Part shown: positions 55,179 through 62,500 of the stretch, piece after piece
How the letters are laid out: every line of letters begins with the position of its first letter
Numbering within the stretch: position 1 is the stretch's first letter
Position numbers and translations under genes: made by a program
Source of the DNA: an uncultured Actinomycetes bacterium
GTDB taxonomy: Bacteria; Actinomycetota; Actinomycetes; Streptosporangiales; Streptosporangiaceae
Direction of reading: 5' to 3'
Assembly (NCBI GenBank): GCA_963713815.1
Contig: CAVQNH010000007.1
Span: forward strand, 90-64,089
DNA: 64,000 bases
The notes under the pieces: generated by a model
Database searches by the model: none
What the model saw: the letters and a program-made list of their open reading frames with translations, nothing else
What the model was told of the DNA's origin: nothing

Positions 55179-55817
55179 TTAGGGGTGAGGGGGGAGATGC
55201 CCGTCCTCGACGGCTCGATAGTACAGGTCCAATTTGGTGGGTGCTGCCCGTCCTGCTCTAGCGTACTTCTCACGCACGCGGCCCACATACTGCTTGGCCG
55301 TCTCCTCACTAATGCCCATCCGCCTGGCCACGGACTTCATCGCCATCCCGGTGGCGTAAAGCTGGAGGGCCCGCGTTTCCTGGGTACTTAGTATGGGCCG
55401 GTCAGGGGCGTCGTCGGTGGCGAAGATGTAGGCCAGGCGGGGCGAGATCCAATCCTTTCCATCGGCCACCGCCGTAATGGCGGCCCGTACCTCAGAAGTC
55501 TCTTCGTTCTTAAGTACATAGCCGAGCGCGCCGGCCCGAATCGCGTCGCGGACCGAGACCGGCTTGTCCGAGGCGGCGAGGACCAGCACCGCGGGGCCGG
55601 CGGCGCGGATCACCGCCACGTTGCGCTCCGCCGTGGTCCCGTCCCCCAGGTCGAGGTCGAGGAGGACCACGTGGGCGTGCCGCCCGGGCCCGGCCAGGAG
55701 TCCGTCCACGGTCGCCGCGGTGGCGATGACCCGGATGCCGCTGTCCAGGCCGCTGACCCAGCCCGCGATGCTGTCCAGGATGATCGGGTGATCATCCACG
55801 GCCGCCACATCGATCAT
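55179..55817 (-). CDS. NarL/LuxR-family two-component response regulator
   Basis: Receiver: VAAVDDHPIILDSI...HVVLLDLDLGDG. LuxR HTH: LSTQETRALQLYATGMAMKSVARRMGISEETAKQYVGRV. The start overlaps the upstream stop (ATGA). Confidence 0.9.
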   Translation of the reverse strand: MIDVAAVDDHPIILDSIAGWVSGLDSGIRVIATAATVDGLLAGPGRHAHVVLLDLDLGDGTTAERNVAVIRAAGPAVLVLAASDKPVSVRDAIRAGALGYVLKNEETSEVRAAITAVADGKDWISPRLAYIFATDDAPDRPILSTQETRALQLYATGMAMKSVARRMGISEETAKQYVGRVREKYARAGRAAPTKLDLYYRAVEDGHLPPHP

Positions 55818-57123
55818 GCCGGTCCTGCCGGGCGCCAGCTGATCTCGAGGCAGCCCGAGCCGGTGTCATCCACATCGAGCCCGGCCCGCCAGCGGGCGAT
55901 GCTGGCAGGCGCCGGCCATGCCGGGGGGCGGGCGCCGGGGGGCAGGTGCCCGAAGGTCAGGTACAGCTCGACGTCCGGGATCGGGTCGGCCGGGACAGCA
56001 CCAGCGCGGACAGCGCCAGCCGGGACAGTGCCAGCCGGGGCAGCGCCAGCCGGGACAGCCAGTGCGGGCCAGCCGGGGCAGGGCCAGCCGGTGCAGGGCC
56101 AGCCGGGGCAGGGCCAGCCGGTGCAGGGCCAGCCAGCCCGGGATTGGCCGGCCCGGACGGCCCGAGCACGGTCATCGTGACCGTTTGCGGCGGGAGCGCC
56201 CGCAGGACCGCGTCCACCGCGTCGACGGTCGCCTGGGCCGCGTCCCGCGACGGCAAACCCGGGTCCCCGACCACCTGGATCTCGATCTGCAGGCCGCGCC
56301 CCCGGGCGGCGCCGAGCGCCGGTTCCAGCCCGGCCAGGAGTTCGCGTCCCAGCCGGGCCCGGTCCACGAGGGCGCGCCGCAGGGTGGTGGCGTGCCGGGC
56401 GCATTCCTGCCGGACCGCCTCGTCGGCGGGGTCGAGCGAGCCGTCCGCGATGCCGCGCAGCAGCGGCAGCGCCTCCACCTCCAGCAGCGCGAACCGGTCC
56501 CGCCGGTCCTCCTCGATCGCGGCGACCGCGGCGCGTTCCGCCGCCGAGCGGCTAGCCAGCTCGGCCCGGCGGGCGGCCAGCCCGGCGTGCACCCGCAGGG
56601 TGGGCCGCAGGGCGGCGAACACGCTGAGGATCACCGCCACCACGTACGTGGCCGCGGCGAGCCGGGCGATGCCAGGCGCCGCGGTCCCCAGCAGGCGCAC
56701 GATGAAGAAGCCGTTGACCGCCAGCACGAGCAGCGCCCCGGGCACCCATTCCCAGGCGGGACGGCTGAGGGCGGCGAGCGCGAGCAGCCAGACGGCGCCG
56801 AGGATCGACCAGTCCAGGACACCCGACGGGGAATGCGGCCGGCGGTCCCAGCCCACCGCGCCAACGGCCGCGACCGCCACCGCCATCGCCACCGCGGCCT
56901 GCCTCCGGGTGAGGCCGCCCCCGCGGACGCGCGGGATCACCCACCACGCGGCCACGAGCAGGCTCAGCCAGACGGCGAACGGCACGGCCGGCTGACGGTA
57001 GTCGGGGAGTTCGGCCAGCACCTGGACGAGCAGGCCGACCGGCAGGACCGCGGCCAGGATGGCCGCGAAGCGCGGGACCGCGGCCTCGGTCACGTCCCGC
57101 ACCGCCCCGGCGTGGCTCACCAT
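55814..57123 (-). pseudogene. Degenerate histidine-kinase paralogue (no H-box His, no N/G boxes) with a long pentapeptide array; frame-disrupted (-1) near 56060-56075
   Basis: It has a multi-TM N-terminus. RFALLEVEALPLLRGI sits where the paralogue has EHERLLHDTMLNTL. RGLQIEIQVVG, TVTMTVL and GLDVDDTGSGCLEISW align with the upstream kinase. Frame A reads GPAPAGPAPAGPAPAGPAPAG. Frame B reads AVPAGAAPAGTVPAGAVRAGAVPADPIPDVELYLTF. Length mod 3 = 2. Confidence 0.7.
55991..56136 (-). repeat. 15-bp tandem array, about 10 units, inside the degenerate kinase gene
   Basis: Minus-strand units: ctggccctgcaccgg / ctggccctgccccgg (x2 each), then ctgtcccggctggcg-type units. Confidence 0.9.
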
Positions 57124-58442
57124 GACGAGTCCACCCCGACCAGGTCGGCCTCGGCCGCGGGGACGGCCCCGGGCCAGCTCATGCTGACCAGGGTTCCCTG
57201 GCCCGGCGCGGACCGTACCGACACGCGGCCGCCCCAGTCAGCCACCCGCTCGGTGATCGAGCAGCGCAGCCCCAGCCGGGCCGGATCTACCCGGGCCGGG
57301 TCGAACCCCGCGCCCGCGTCGCGCACGGTGACGTCCAGGGTGCCCGGGCCCAGGGTGCCCGGGTCCAGGGTGCCCGGGCCCAGGGTGCCCGGGTCCAGGG
57401 TGATCGTGACCCAGGCCTCTCCTGTCCCGGCGTGAGCGGCCACGTTGGCCAGCGCTTCCCGGGTGGCGTGCACGATGGCCCCGGCCACTGGTACCGGGAT
57501 GTCCGGCCCCGGATCCCGGCCGGCCACCTGCAGGTGCACGCGCAGGCCCCGGGCCCGCATCTCGCTGGCCACCGCCTCGACGTCAGCCACCAGGCGGGCT
57601 CCGCCCGGGCCGGCCGGGTCCGCGGGATCGCCGGGGGCCGCGAGCGCGTGCTCCAGCAGCGCGATGTCCTGGCTGCACCGGGCTACCACCGCCGGGCCGC
57701 TGCTCCCGCGGCTGATCGCGGTGAGCGTATTCAGCATGGTGTCGTGCAGCAGGCGCTCGTGTTCGCGGCGTTCGATGGTCCGGGACAGGACGACGTACTG
57801 ATCGTGTGCTTCCTGGTCGGCAGCGGCGAACCCACGGTCGGCCCGGGCCGCCCGCCGGTCGAGCATGCCGCGGGCCGTCCAGTGCACGGCCAGCACGACC
57901 AGCAGCAGCGCCCCGGACACCACCGGGGTGTTCCCCTGGACCCGGCCGGGCGGGGTCACCGCGACGCTGGCCAGGTAGGCCACCTCCGGAGCCACGCCCA
58001 GCAGCACGACCAGCACCCGGGGCGCGAACCAGACCGTCACGATGACCTGGCTGGTCGTGGCGACGTAGAGCCAGTTTCCGGCCACGCCGCGCATGTCAGG
58101 CGGCACGCACGTCCCGGCCATGATCGCGAGTGCGGCGTAGAAGCTGGTGTCGAGGACGATCAGCGGCCAGGGCGGGTCGCGGCGGCGCAGGTAGGCCGCG
58201 GCCGCGCACCCCCAGGCCACCGCGGCGAAAGGCCCGGCCAGCAACCACGGGTGGGCGGCGTAGTAGCCGTGCCAGATCACGACCTGCACGACGATGTAGC
58301 TAACGCCGAAGACCCGCACGAGGGCGGCCATCCGCCGGACCACCGACCTGAGCACGGCCATCGCCGGCCCGGCCGTAAACCCCCCTGACCGCCACCACGC
58401 GGCGGCCGACGCTGATAAGGAACGGGAACGAGACGACCGCAT
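57117..58442 (-). CDS. Membrane sensor histidine kinase (HisKA_3/NarX-class partner of the NarL-type regulator)
   Basis: H-box EHERLLHDTMLNTL. N-box IVHATREALANVAAHA. G-box VRDAGAGFD. C-terminus GQGTLVSMSW. The start is uncertain: ATG 58442 is chosen, while the track ORF starts at GTG 58499 inside a direct repeat. Its stop overlaps the next gene start (ATGGTGA). Confidence 0.85.
   Translation of the reverse strand: MRSSRSRSLSASAAAWWRSGGFTAGPAMAVLRSVVRRMAALVRVFGVSYIVVQVVIWHGYYAAHPWLLAGPFAAVAWGCAAAAYLRRRDPPWPLIVLDTSFYAALAIMAGTCVPPDMRGVAGNWLYVATTSQVIVTVWFAPRVLVVLLGVAPEVAYLASVAVTPPGRVQGNTPVVSGALLLVVLAVHWTARGMLDRRAARADRGFAAADQEAHDQYVVLSRTIERREHERLLHDTMLNTLTAISRGSSGPAVVARCSQDIALLEHALAAPGDPADPAGPGGARLVADVEAVASEMRARGLRVHLQVAGRDPGPDIPVPVAGAIVHATREALANVAAHAGTGEAWVTITLDPGTLGPGTLDPGTLGPGTLDVTVRDAGAGFDPARVDPARLGLRCSITERVADWGGRVSVRSAPGQGTLVSMSWPGAVPAAEADLVGVDSSW
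57333..57407 (-). repeat. 15-bp tandem array, 5 units (alternating gtccagggtgcccgg / gcccagggtgcccgg), inside the kinase ATPase domain
   Basis: Encodes PGTLG PGTLD PGTLG PGTLD between the strands WVTITLD and VTVRDAGAGF. Confidence 0.9.
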
Positions 58443-58462
58443 GGCCCGATCATAGGACGTTT

Positions 58463-58516
58463 CTCCGGTCACTCTGCGTGTTTTGCCCCCTCCGGTCACT
58501 CTGCGTACTTTGCCGG
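58463..58516. repeat. 27-bp direct repeat x2 upstream of the kinase operon (candidate response-regulator binding sites)
   Basis: ctccggtcactctgcgtgttttgcccc / ctccggtcactctgcgtactttgccgg. It is followed by the perfect palindrome tgaccggccggtca at 58521-58534. Confidence 0.85.
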
Positions 58517-58531
58517 CCGGTGACCGGCCGG

Positions 58532-60283
58532 TCAGCGCAGCCAGGCAGCCGTGTCCGGGGGGAGCAGGCCCCCGGTCACCGGGCCGCTGCTGAGCAGGAT
58601 CTCGTCGTGCGGGGGAAGGTCCACCGGCTCAGCGGACAGGTTGACGATCACGGTGACCGCGGCCGGCTCCTCGCCGCGCCGGAAACACAGCACCCCGTCG
58701 GGTGACGGCAGCCAGGCCAGCCCGGCGGTGCCCAGGCCGGGTTCGGCCCGGCGCAGCCGCAGGGCGCGCCGGTACAGCGAGAGCATGGAGCCCGGGTCGC
58801 CCGACTGGGTCTCGGCGGTCAGGTTCTTCCACTCGGCGGGCTGGGGCAGCCAGGGGCTGCTGCCCTCCGGGCCGTACCCGAACGGGGCGGCGTCCCCGGA
58901 CCAGGGCAGGGGGACCCGGCAGCCGTCCCGGCCCCGGTTGGTGTGGCCGGACCGTTCCCACATCGGGTCCTGCAGCAACTCCTCGGGCAGGTCCTCGACC
59001 TCGGGCAGGCCGAGCTCGTCTCCCTGGTACAGGTACACCCCGCCCGGCAGCGAGAACGTCAGCAGCGCGGCGGCCCGGGCCCGGCGGGTACCGAGCGCGA
59101 GGTCGGACGGCTCGCCGATCTGGCGGTCGGTCATGCTGAACGCGGTGTCGGCCCGGCCGTAGCGGGTTACGTGCCTGACCACGTCGTGGTTGCTGAGCAC
59201 CCAGGTTGGCGTCGCGCCCACCCGGTCGTGCGCGTCCAGCGTGGTGTCGATGACCCCGCGCAGCGCGCCCGCGTCCCAGGCACAGCACAGGAAGTCGAAG
59301 TTGAACACGCTGTGCAGCTCGTCCGGGAGCAGGTACCGGGCCAGCCGCTGCGCGTCGGGCAGCCAGACCTCGCCGATCAGCACCCGGTCCCCGGGATAGG
59401 AGTCCGCGATCCGGCGCCACTCCTGGTAGATCCCGTGCACCTCGTCCCGGTCGATGAACGGGTGCGGCTCGTCGGGGTCCCGGGCCGCCCCGGCCGGCGC
59501 CGCCGGGCCAGCCGGGGTGGCCCCGACCGGCGCGGAGCTGCCGGGCGTGGGGGTCGCGCCCAGGTCGGCCAGCCCGGGGTCCTTGGCCAGCAGCGCGGCC
59601 GAGTCGATGCGGAGGCCGTCCACCCCGCGGTCGAACCAGAACCGCAGCACGCTGGCGAATTCGGCCCGCACGTCCGGGTGCGCCCAGTTGAAGTCGGGCT
59701 GGCCGGGCGTGAACAGGTGCAGGTACCACTCGCCCGGTGCCCCGTCGGCCCGCTGCCCAGCTGAGGGGCCAGCCGTGGACTCCGCTGACGGCGTCCGGGT
59801 CCAGGCCGGGCCGCCGAACATCGAGGTCCAGTCGTTCGGCGGGAGCTCTCCCCCGGGGCCCCGGCCGGGCCGGAAGTGGTAGCGGGACCGCTCGGCCGAG
59901 CCGGGCGGGGCGTCCAGCGCCCGGGCGAACCAGGGCTGCTGATCCGAGCCGTGGTTCGGGACGACGTCGATGATGATCCTGATGCCGAGGTCGTGCGCCT
60001 CGGTGATCAGCTTCTCCGCCTCGGCCAGGCTGCCGAACAGCGGCTCGATCGCCCGGTAGTCGGCCACGTCGTAACCGGCGTCCGCCATGGGCGAGGGATA
60101 CCACGGGGCGAACCAGATCGCGTCGATGCCCAGCTCGGCCAGGTAGGGCAGGCGCGCGCGGACGCCGGCCAGGTCACCGACGCCGTCGCCGTTGCCGTCC
60201 GCGAAGCTGCGCACGTACACCTCGTAGATGGCAGCCGTCCGCCACCAGTCATGCGCCGAAGCGCCCTGGCCAGTGCTGGGCAC
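58532..60283 (-). CDS. aglA: GH13 alpha-glucosidase (oligo-1,6-glucosidase/AglA-like)
   Basis: [64 protein letters not shown]...[11 protein letters not shown]...[10 protein letters not shown]...GEVW...SNHDVVR. GTG 60283 has AGGAGG 5 nt upstream. An alternative ATGA-coupled start at 60436 would add a PVPAS-repeat N-tail. Confidence 0.85.
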   Translation of the reverse strand: MPSTGQGASAHDWWRTAAIYEVYVRSFADGNGDGVGDLAGVRARLPYLAELGIDAIWFAPWYPSPMADAGYDVADYRAIEPLFGSLAEAEKLITEAHDLGIRIIIDVVPNHGSDQQPWFARALDAPPGSAERSRYHFRPGRGPGGELPPNDWTSMFGGPAWTRTPSAESTAGPSAGQRADGAPGEWYLHLFTPGQPDFNWAHPDVRAEFASVLRFWFDRGVDGLRIDSAALLAKDPGLADLGATPTPGSSAPVGATPAGPAAPAGAARDPDEPHPFIDRDEVHGIYQEWRRIADSYPGDRVLIGEVWLPDAQRLARYLLPDELHSVFNFDFLCCAWDAGALRGVIDTTLDAHDRVGATPTWVLSNHDVVRHVTRYGRADTAFSMTDRQIGEPSDLALGTRRARAAALLTFSLPGGVYLYQGDELGLPEVEDLPEELLQDPMWERSGHTNRGRDGCRVPLPWSGDAAPFGYGPEGSSPWLPQPAEWKNLTAETQSGDPGSMLSLYRRALRLRRAEPGLGTAGLAWLPSPDGVLCFRRGEEPAAVTVIVNLSAEPVDLPPHDEILLSSGPVTGGLLPPDTAAWLR

Positions 60284-60330
60284 GTTAACCTCCTGGAAAT
60301 CGGCGAGAGCCGACCTGTTTCTGATTATGG

Positions 60331-60405
60331 GCGCAGTGCTTGCAGGCCCAGTGCTTGCAGGCACAGGGCTTGCAGGCACAGGGCTTGCAGGCACAGGGCG
60401 CCGCG
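60331..60405. repeat. 15-bp tandem array, 5 units (gcacagggcttgcag-like), between the malG stop and the aglA core
   Basis: Units: gcgcagtgcttgcag / gcccagtgcttgcag / gcacagggcttgcag x2 / gcacagggcgccgcg. Confidence 0.9.
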
Positions 60406-60432
60406 ATAACGGGGGATGCGGTCCGCAGGCGT

Positions 60433-61368
60433 TCATCCCTTGAGGCCTCCGGCGGTGAGGCCGGACAGGATGTTGCGCTGGAAGATCAGGAAAAAAATGA
60501 TCGTGGGAATCGCGGCCATGGCGGAGGCGGCGATGATGAGGTTCTCGGGTGTAGTCGTCGCCCCGGTGATCCCGACATTGATCGTTTCCCTGGTTGGGGT
60601 GTAGCCGCTCTCGACCAGTAGCGGCCAGAGGAAATCCTTCCAGACAGTGACGAACGCGAAGATCGTGACGACACCCAGGATCGGCCTGGAAATCGGCAGG
60701 ACTATCGAGCGCAGAGCCCGCAGCGGGGACGCACCATCGATCGCCGCGGCATCCATGAGCTCGGAGGGAATCGAATCGAAGAACCGCTTGAGCAGGAAGA
60801 TGTTGAAGGCGTTAGCGACGGAAGGCAGCCATATGGCCTCGGGTGTGCCGATCAGGCTTATATGCAGGAAAGGCAGGCTGGCCACGGTCAGGTACTGCGG
60901 CACGATCAGGACGGTGGACGGGATCATCAAAGTGGCCAGCATCATGCCGAAGATGGCGTTACCCAGCACCGGCCGGAGCTTTGAGAACGCGAAGGCAGCG
61001 GCAACGTCGAAGATGAGCTGGAACGCGAGCGCGCCGAACGCGTAATACAGGGTGTTGAACAGCAGCCGGCCGACGCTGAGGGTATTCCAGGCCGTGACGT
61101 AGGTGCTCGGATGGATGTGGGCCGGGAAAAGCGTCGGCGGCACCGCGCCCGCTTCCTGGGTGGACTTGAGCCCGTCGGTGAACAGGAAGTAAAGCGGGCC
61201 GATGAACACCAGCGTGAAGACCACGACGACCAGGGTCAGGATGATCCGGTAGGCGACCTTGCTGCCCCGCCGGTTCAGCTGGGCGGTGGATATCAGGGTC
61301 CGTGACGATGTGTTGCGCGGCGCCGTGCGGCGCCCCGGCGTCCCGGCTCTGGCGGGGATCACTGACAC
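60433..61368 (-). CDS. malG: Carbohydrate ABC transporter permease (MalG/AglG-like)
   Basis: Six-TM permease with an EAA-type loop region (IPSELMDAAAIDGASPLRALRSIVLPISRP). GTG start with AGGAG upstream. Confidence 0.85.
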   Translation of the reverse strand: MSVIPARAGTPGRRTAPRNTSSRTLISTAQLNRRGSKVAYRIILTLVVVVFTLVFIGPLYFLFTDGLKSTQEAGAVPPTLFPAHIHPSTYVTAWNTLSVGRLLFNTLYYAFGALAFQLIFDVAAAFAFSKLRPVLGNAIFGMMLATLMIPSTVLIVPQYLTVASLPFLHISLIGTPEAIWLPSVANAFNIFLLKRFFDSIPSELMDAAAIDGASPLRALRSIVLPISRPILGVVTIFAFVTVWKDFLWPLLVESGYTPTRETINVGITGATTTPENLIIAASAMAAIPTIIFFLIFQRNILSGLTAGGLKG

Positions 61369-61383
61369 GTGAGCTCCTGTCTC

Positions 61384-62352
61384 CTAGCCGCGGTCGCGGC
61401 TCAGCCAGAGGTAGGCGCCGGAGAAGGCGCCGAGCACCAGCAAGAGCACCACGCCGAGCGCCGAGGCGCTGTTGTAGTTGCTTGAGCCACTCATGGAGAA
61501 CGCGTACGTGTAGATGAGGTCGACCACCGACAGCGTGTTGTTGTTCACTCCTGGCCCGCCGGTCAGGATGAAGGCCTCGATGAACATCTGCATGGTGGCG
61601 ACGATCTGCAGCAGCAGCAGCGTCGAGAGGATCAGCCTGGTCTGCGGCACCGTGACGTGCCAGATCCGGCGGAACAGCCCGGCGCCGTCCAGTTCCGCGG
61701 CCTCGTACAGCTCGCCGGGGATGTTCTGCAGCGCGGCGAGGTAGATCAGCGTCGCGGCGCCCATGTTCATCCAGGTGGCCGCGATCACCACGGAGATCAT
61801 CGCGATAGTCGGGATGGTCGTTCCTGGCGACTGCACCCACTGCGAGGTCGGCAGGTGCAGGAGCTGCAGGATGCGGTTGAACAATCCCGTGCTCGGGTCG
61901 TAGAAGTAGGCGAAGAGCAGCAGCGCCGAGGCCGGCGGCAGCATCACCGGCAGGTAGACCAGGACCCGGAGATAGCCCTTGGCGTGCCGCAGCTCGTTGA
62001 GCAGGATCGCGGTGAAGAACGGCACCAAGTAACCGAAGACCAGGGCGAGCCCGGTGAACTCCAGCGTGTTTTCCCAGGCCGTCCGGAACTCCGGATCGTG
62101 GAAGATCCGGATGTAGTTCGCCCACCCGGCCCAGGTGGTCACGCCCAGGTGGGTCTTCTGGAAGCTCATGATGATCTCGCGGACCATCGGGTACCAGGAG
62201 AAAAGCGCGAAGCACAGCACTGCACCGATGAGGAACCCGTGCGCGGAAAGGTTGCGGCGCAGCTGCTGGCTCCGCCTGCTGCGGACGGCCGGCCGCACGA
62301 CCCGGCCAGGGCTGCCCTTGGCCTTGCGCAGCGGGACCGCGGTGTCCGTCAT
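61384..62352 (-). CDS. malF: Carbohydrate ABC transporter permease (MalF/AglF-like)
   Basis: EAA loop: IPGELYEAAELDGAGLFRRIWHVTVPQTR. Multiple TM helices. Confidence 0.85.
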   Translation of the reverse strand: MTDTAVPLRKAKGSPGRVVRPAVRSRRSQQLRRNLSAHGFLIGAVLCFALFSWYPMVREIIMSFQKTHLGVTTWAGWANYIRIFHDPEFRTAWENTLEFTGLALVFGYLVPFFTAILLNELRHAKGYLRVLVYLPVMLPPASALLLFAYFYDPSTGLFNRILQLLHLPTSQWVQSPGTTIPTIAMISVVIAATWMNMGAATLIYLAALQNIPGELYEAAELDGAGLFRRIWHVTVPQTRLILSTLLLLQIVATMQMFIEAFILTGGPGVNNNTLSVVDLIYTYAFSMSGSSNYNSASALGVVLLLVLGAFSGAYLWLSRDRG

Positions 62353-62462
62353 CGATTCTCCGGATTCTCCTGGGACGAGACCAGCCAGCCAAGGCGCGAT
62401 GACTCCGCTGGGGTACGAGGGGCCGTGCTGGCGCGCAACCAGGCGCGCTGGCGCCGGGACTC

Positions 62463-62494
62463 GCCGCGGGGGCCGGAAGCCCGGCCCCCGCGGC
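62463..62494. terminator. Perfect 14-bp-stem hairpin just 3' of malE, within the operon (attenuator or mRNA-stabilising stem-loop)
   Basis: gccgcgggggccgg aagc ccggcccccgcggc. It lies 7 nt after the malE stop codon, in the 148-bp malE-malF spacer. Confidence 0.5.
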
Positions 62495-62500
62495 GGCTGC

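Noticed and set aside
15890-60405. Could any of the tandem arrays be CRISPR arrays?
   Set aside because: The units are directly adjacent with no unique spacers. The periods (13-27 bp) are too short. No cas genes are present in the window.
60436-60436. Treating the ATGA-coupled ATG at 60436 as the definitive aglA start.
   Set aside because: The GTG at 60283 has a far better Shine-Dalgarno and matches the usual N-terminus of GH13 alpha-glucosidases. The longer form is kept only as an alternative in the findings.
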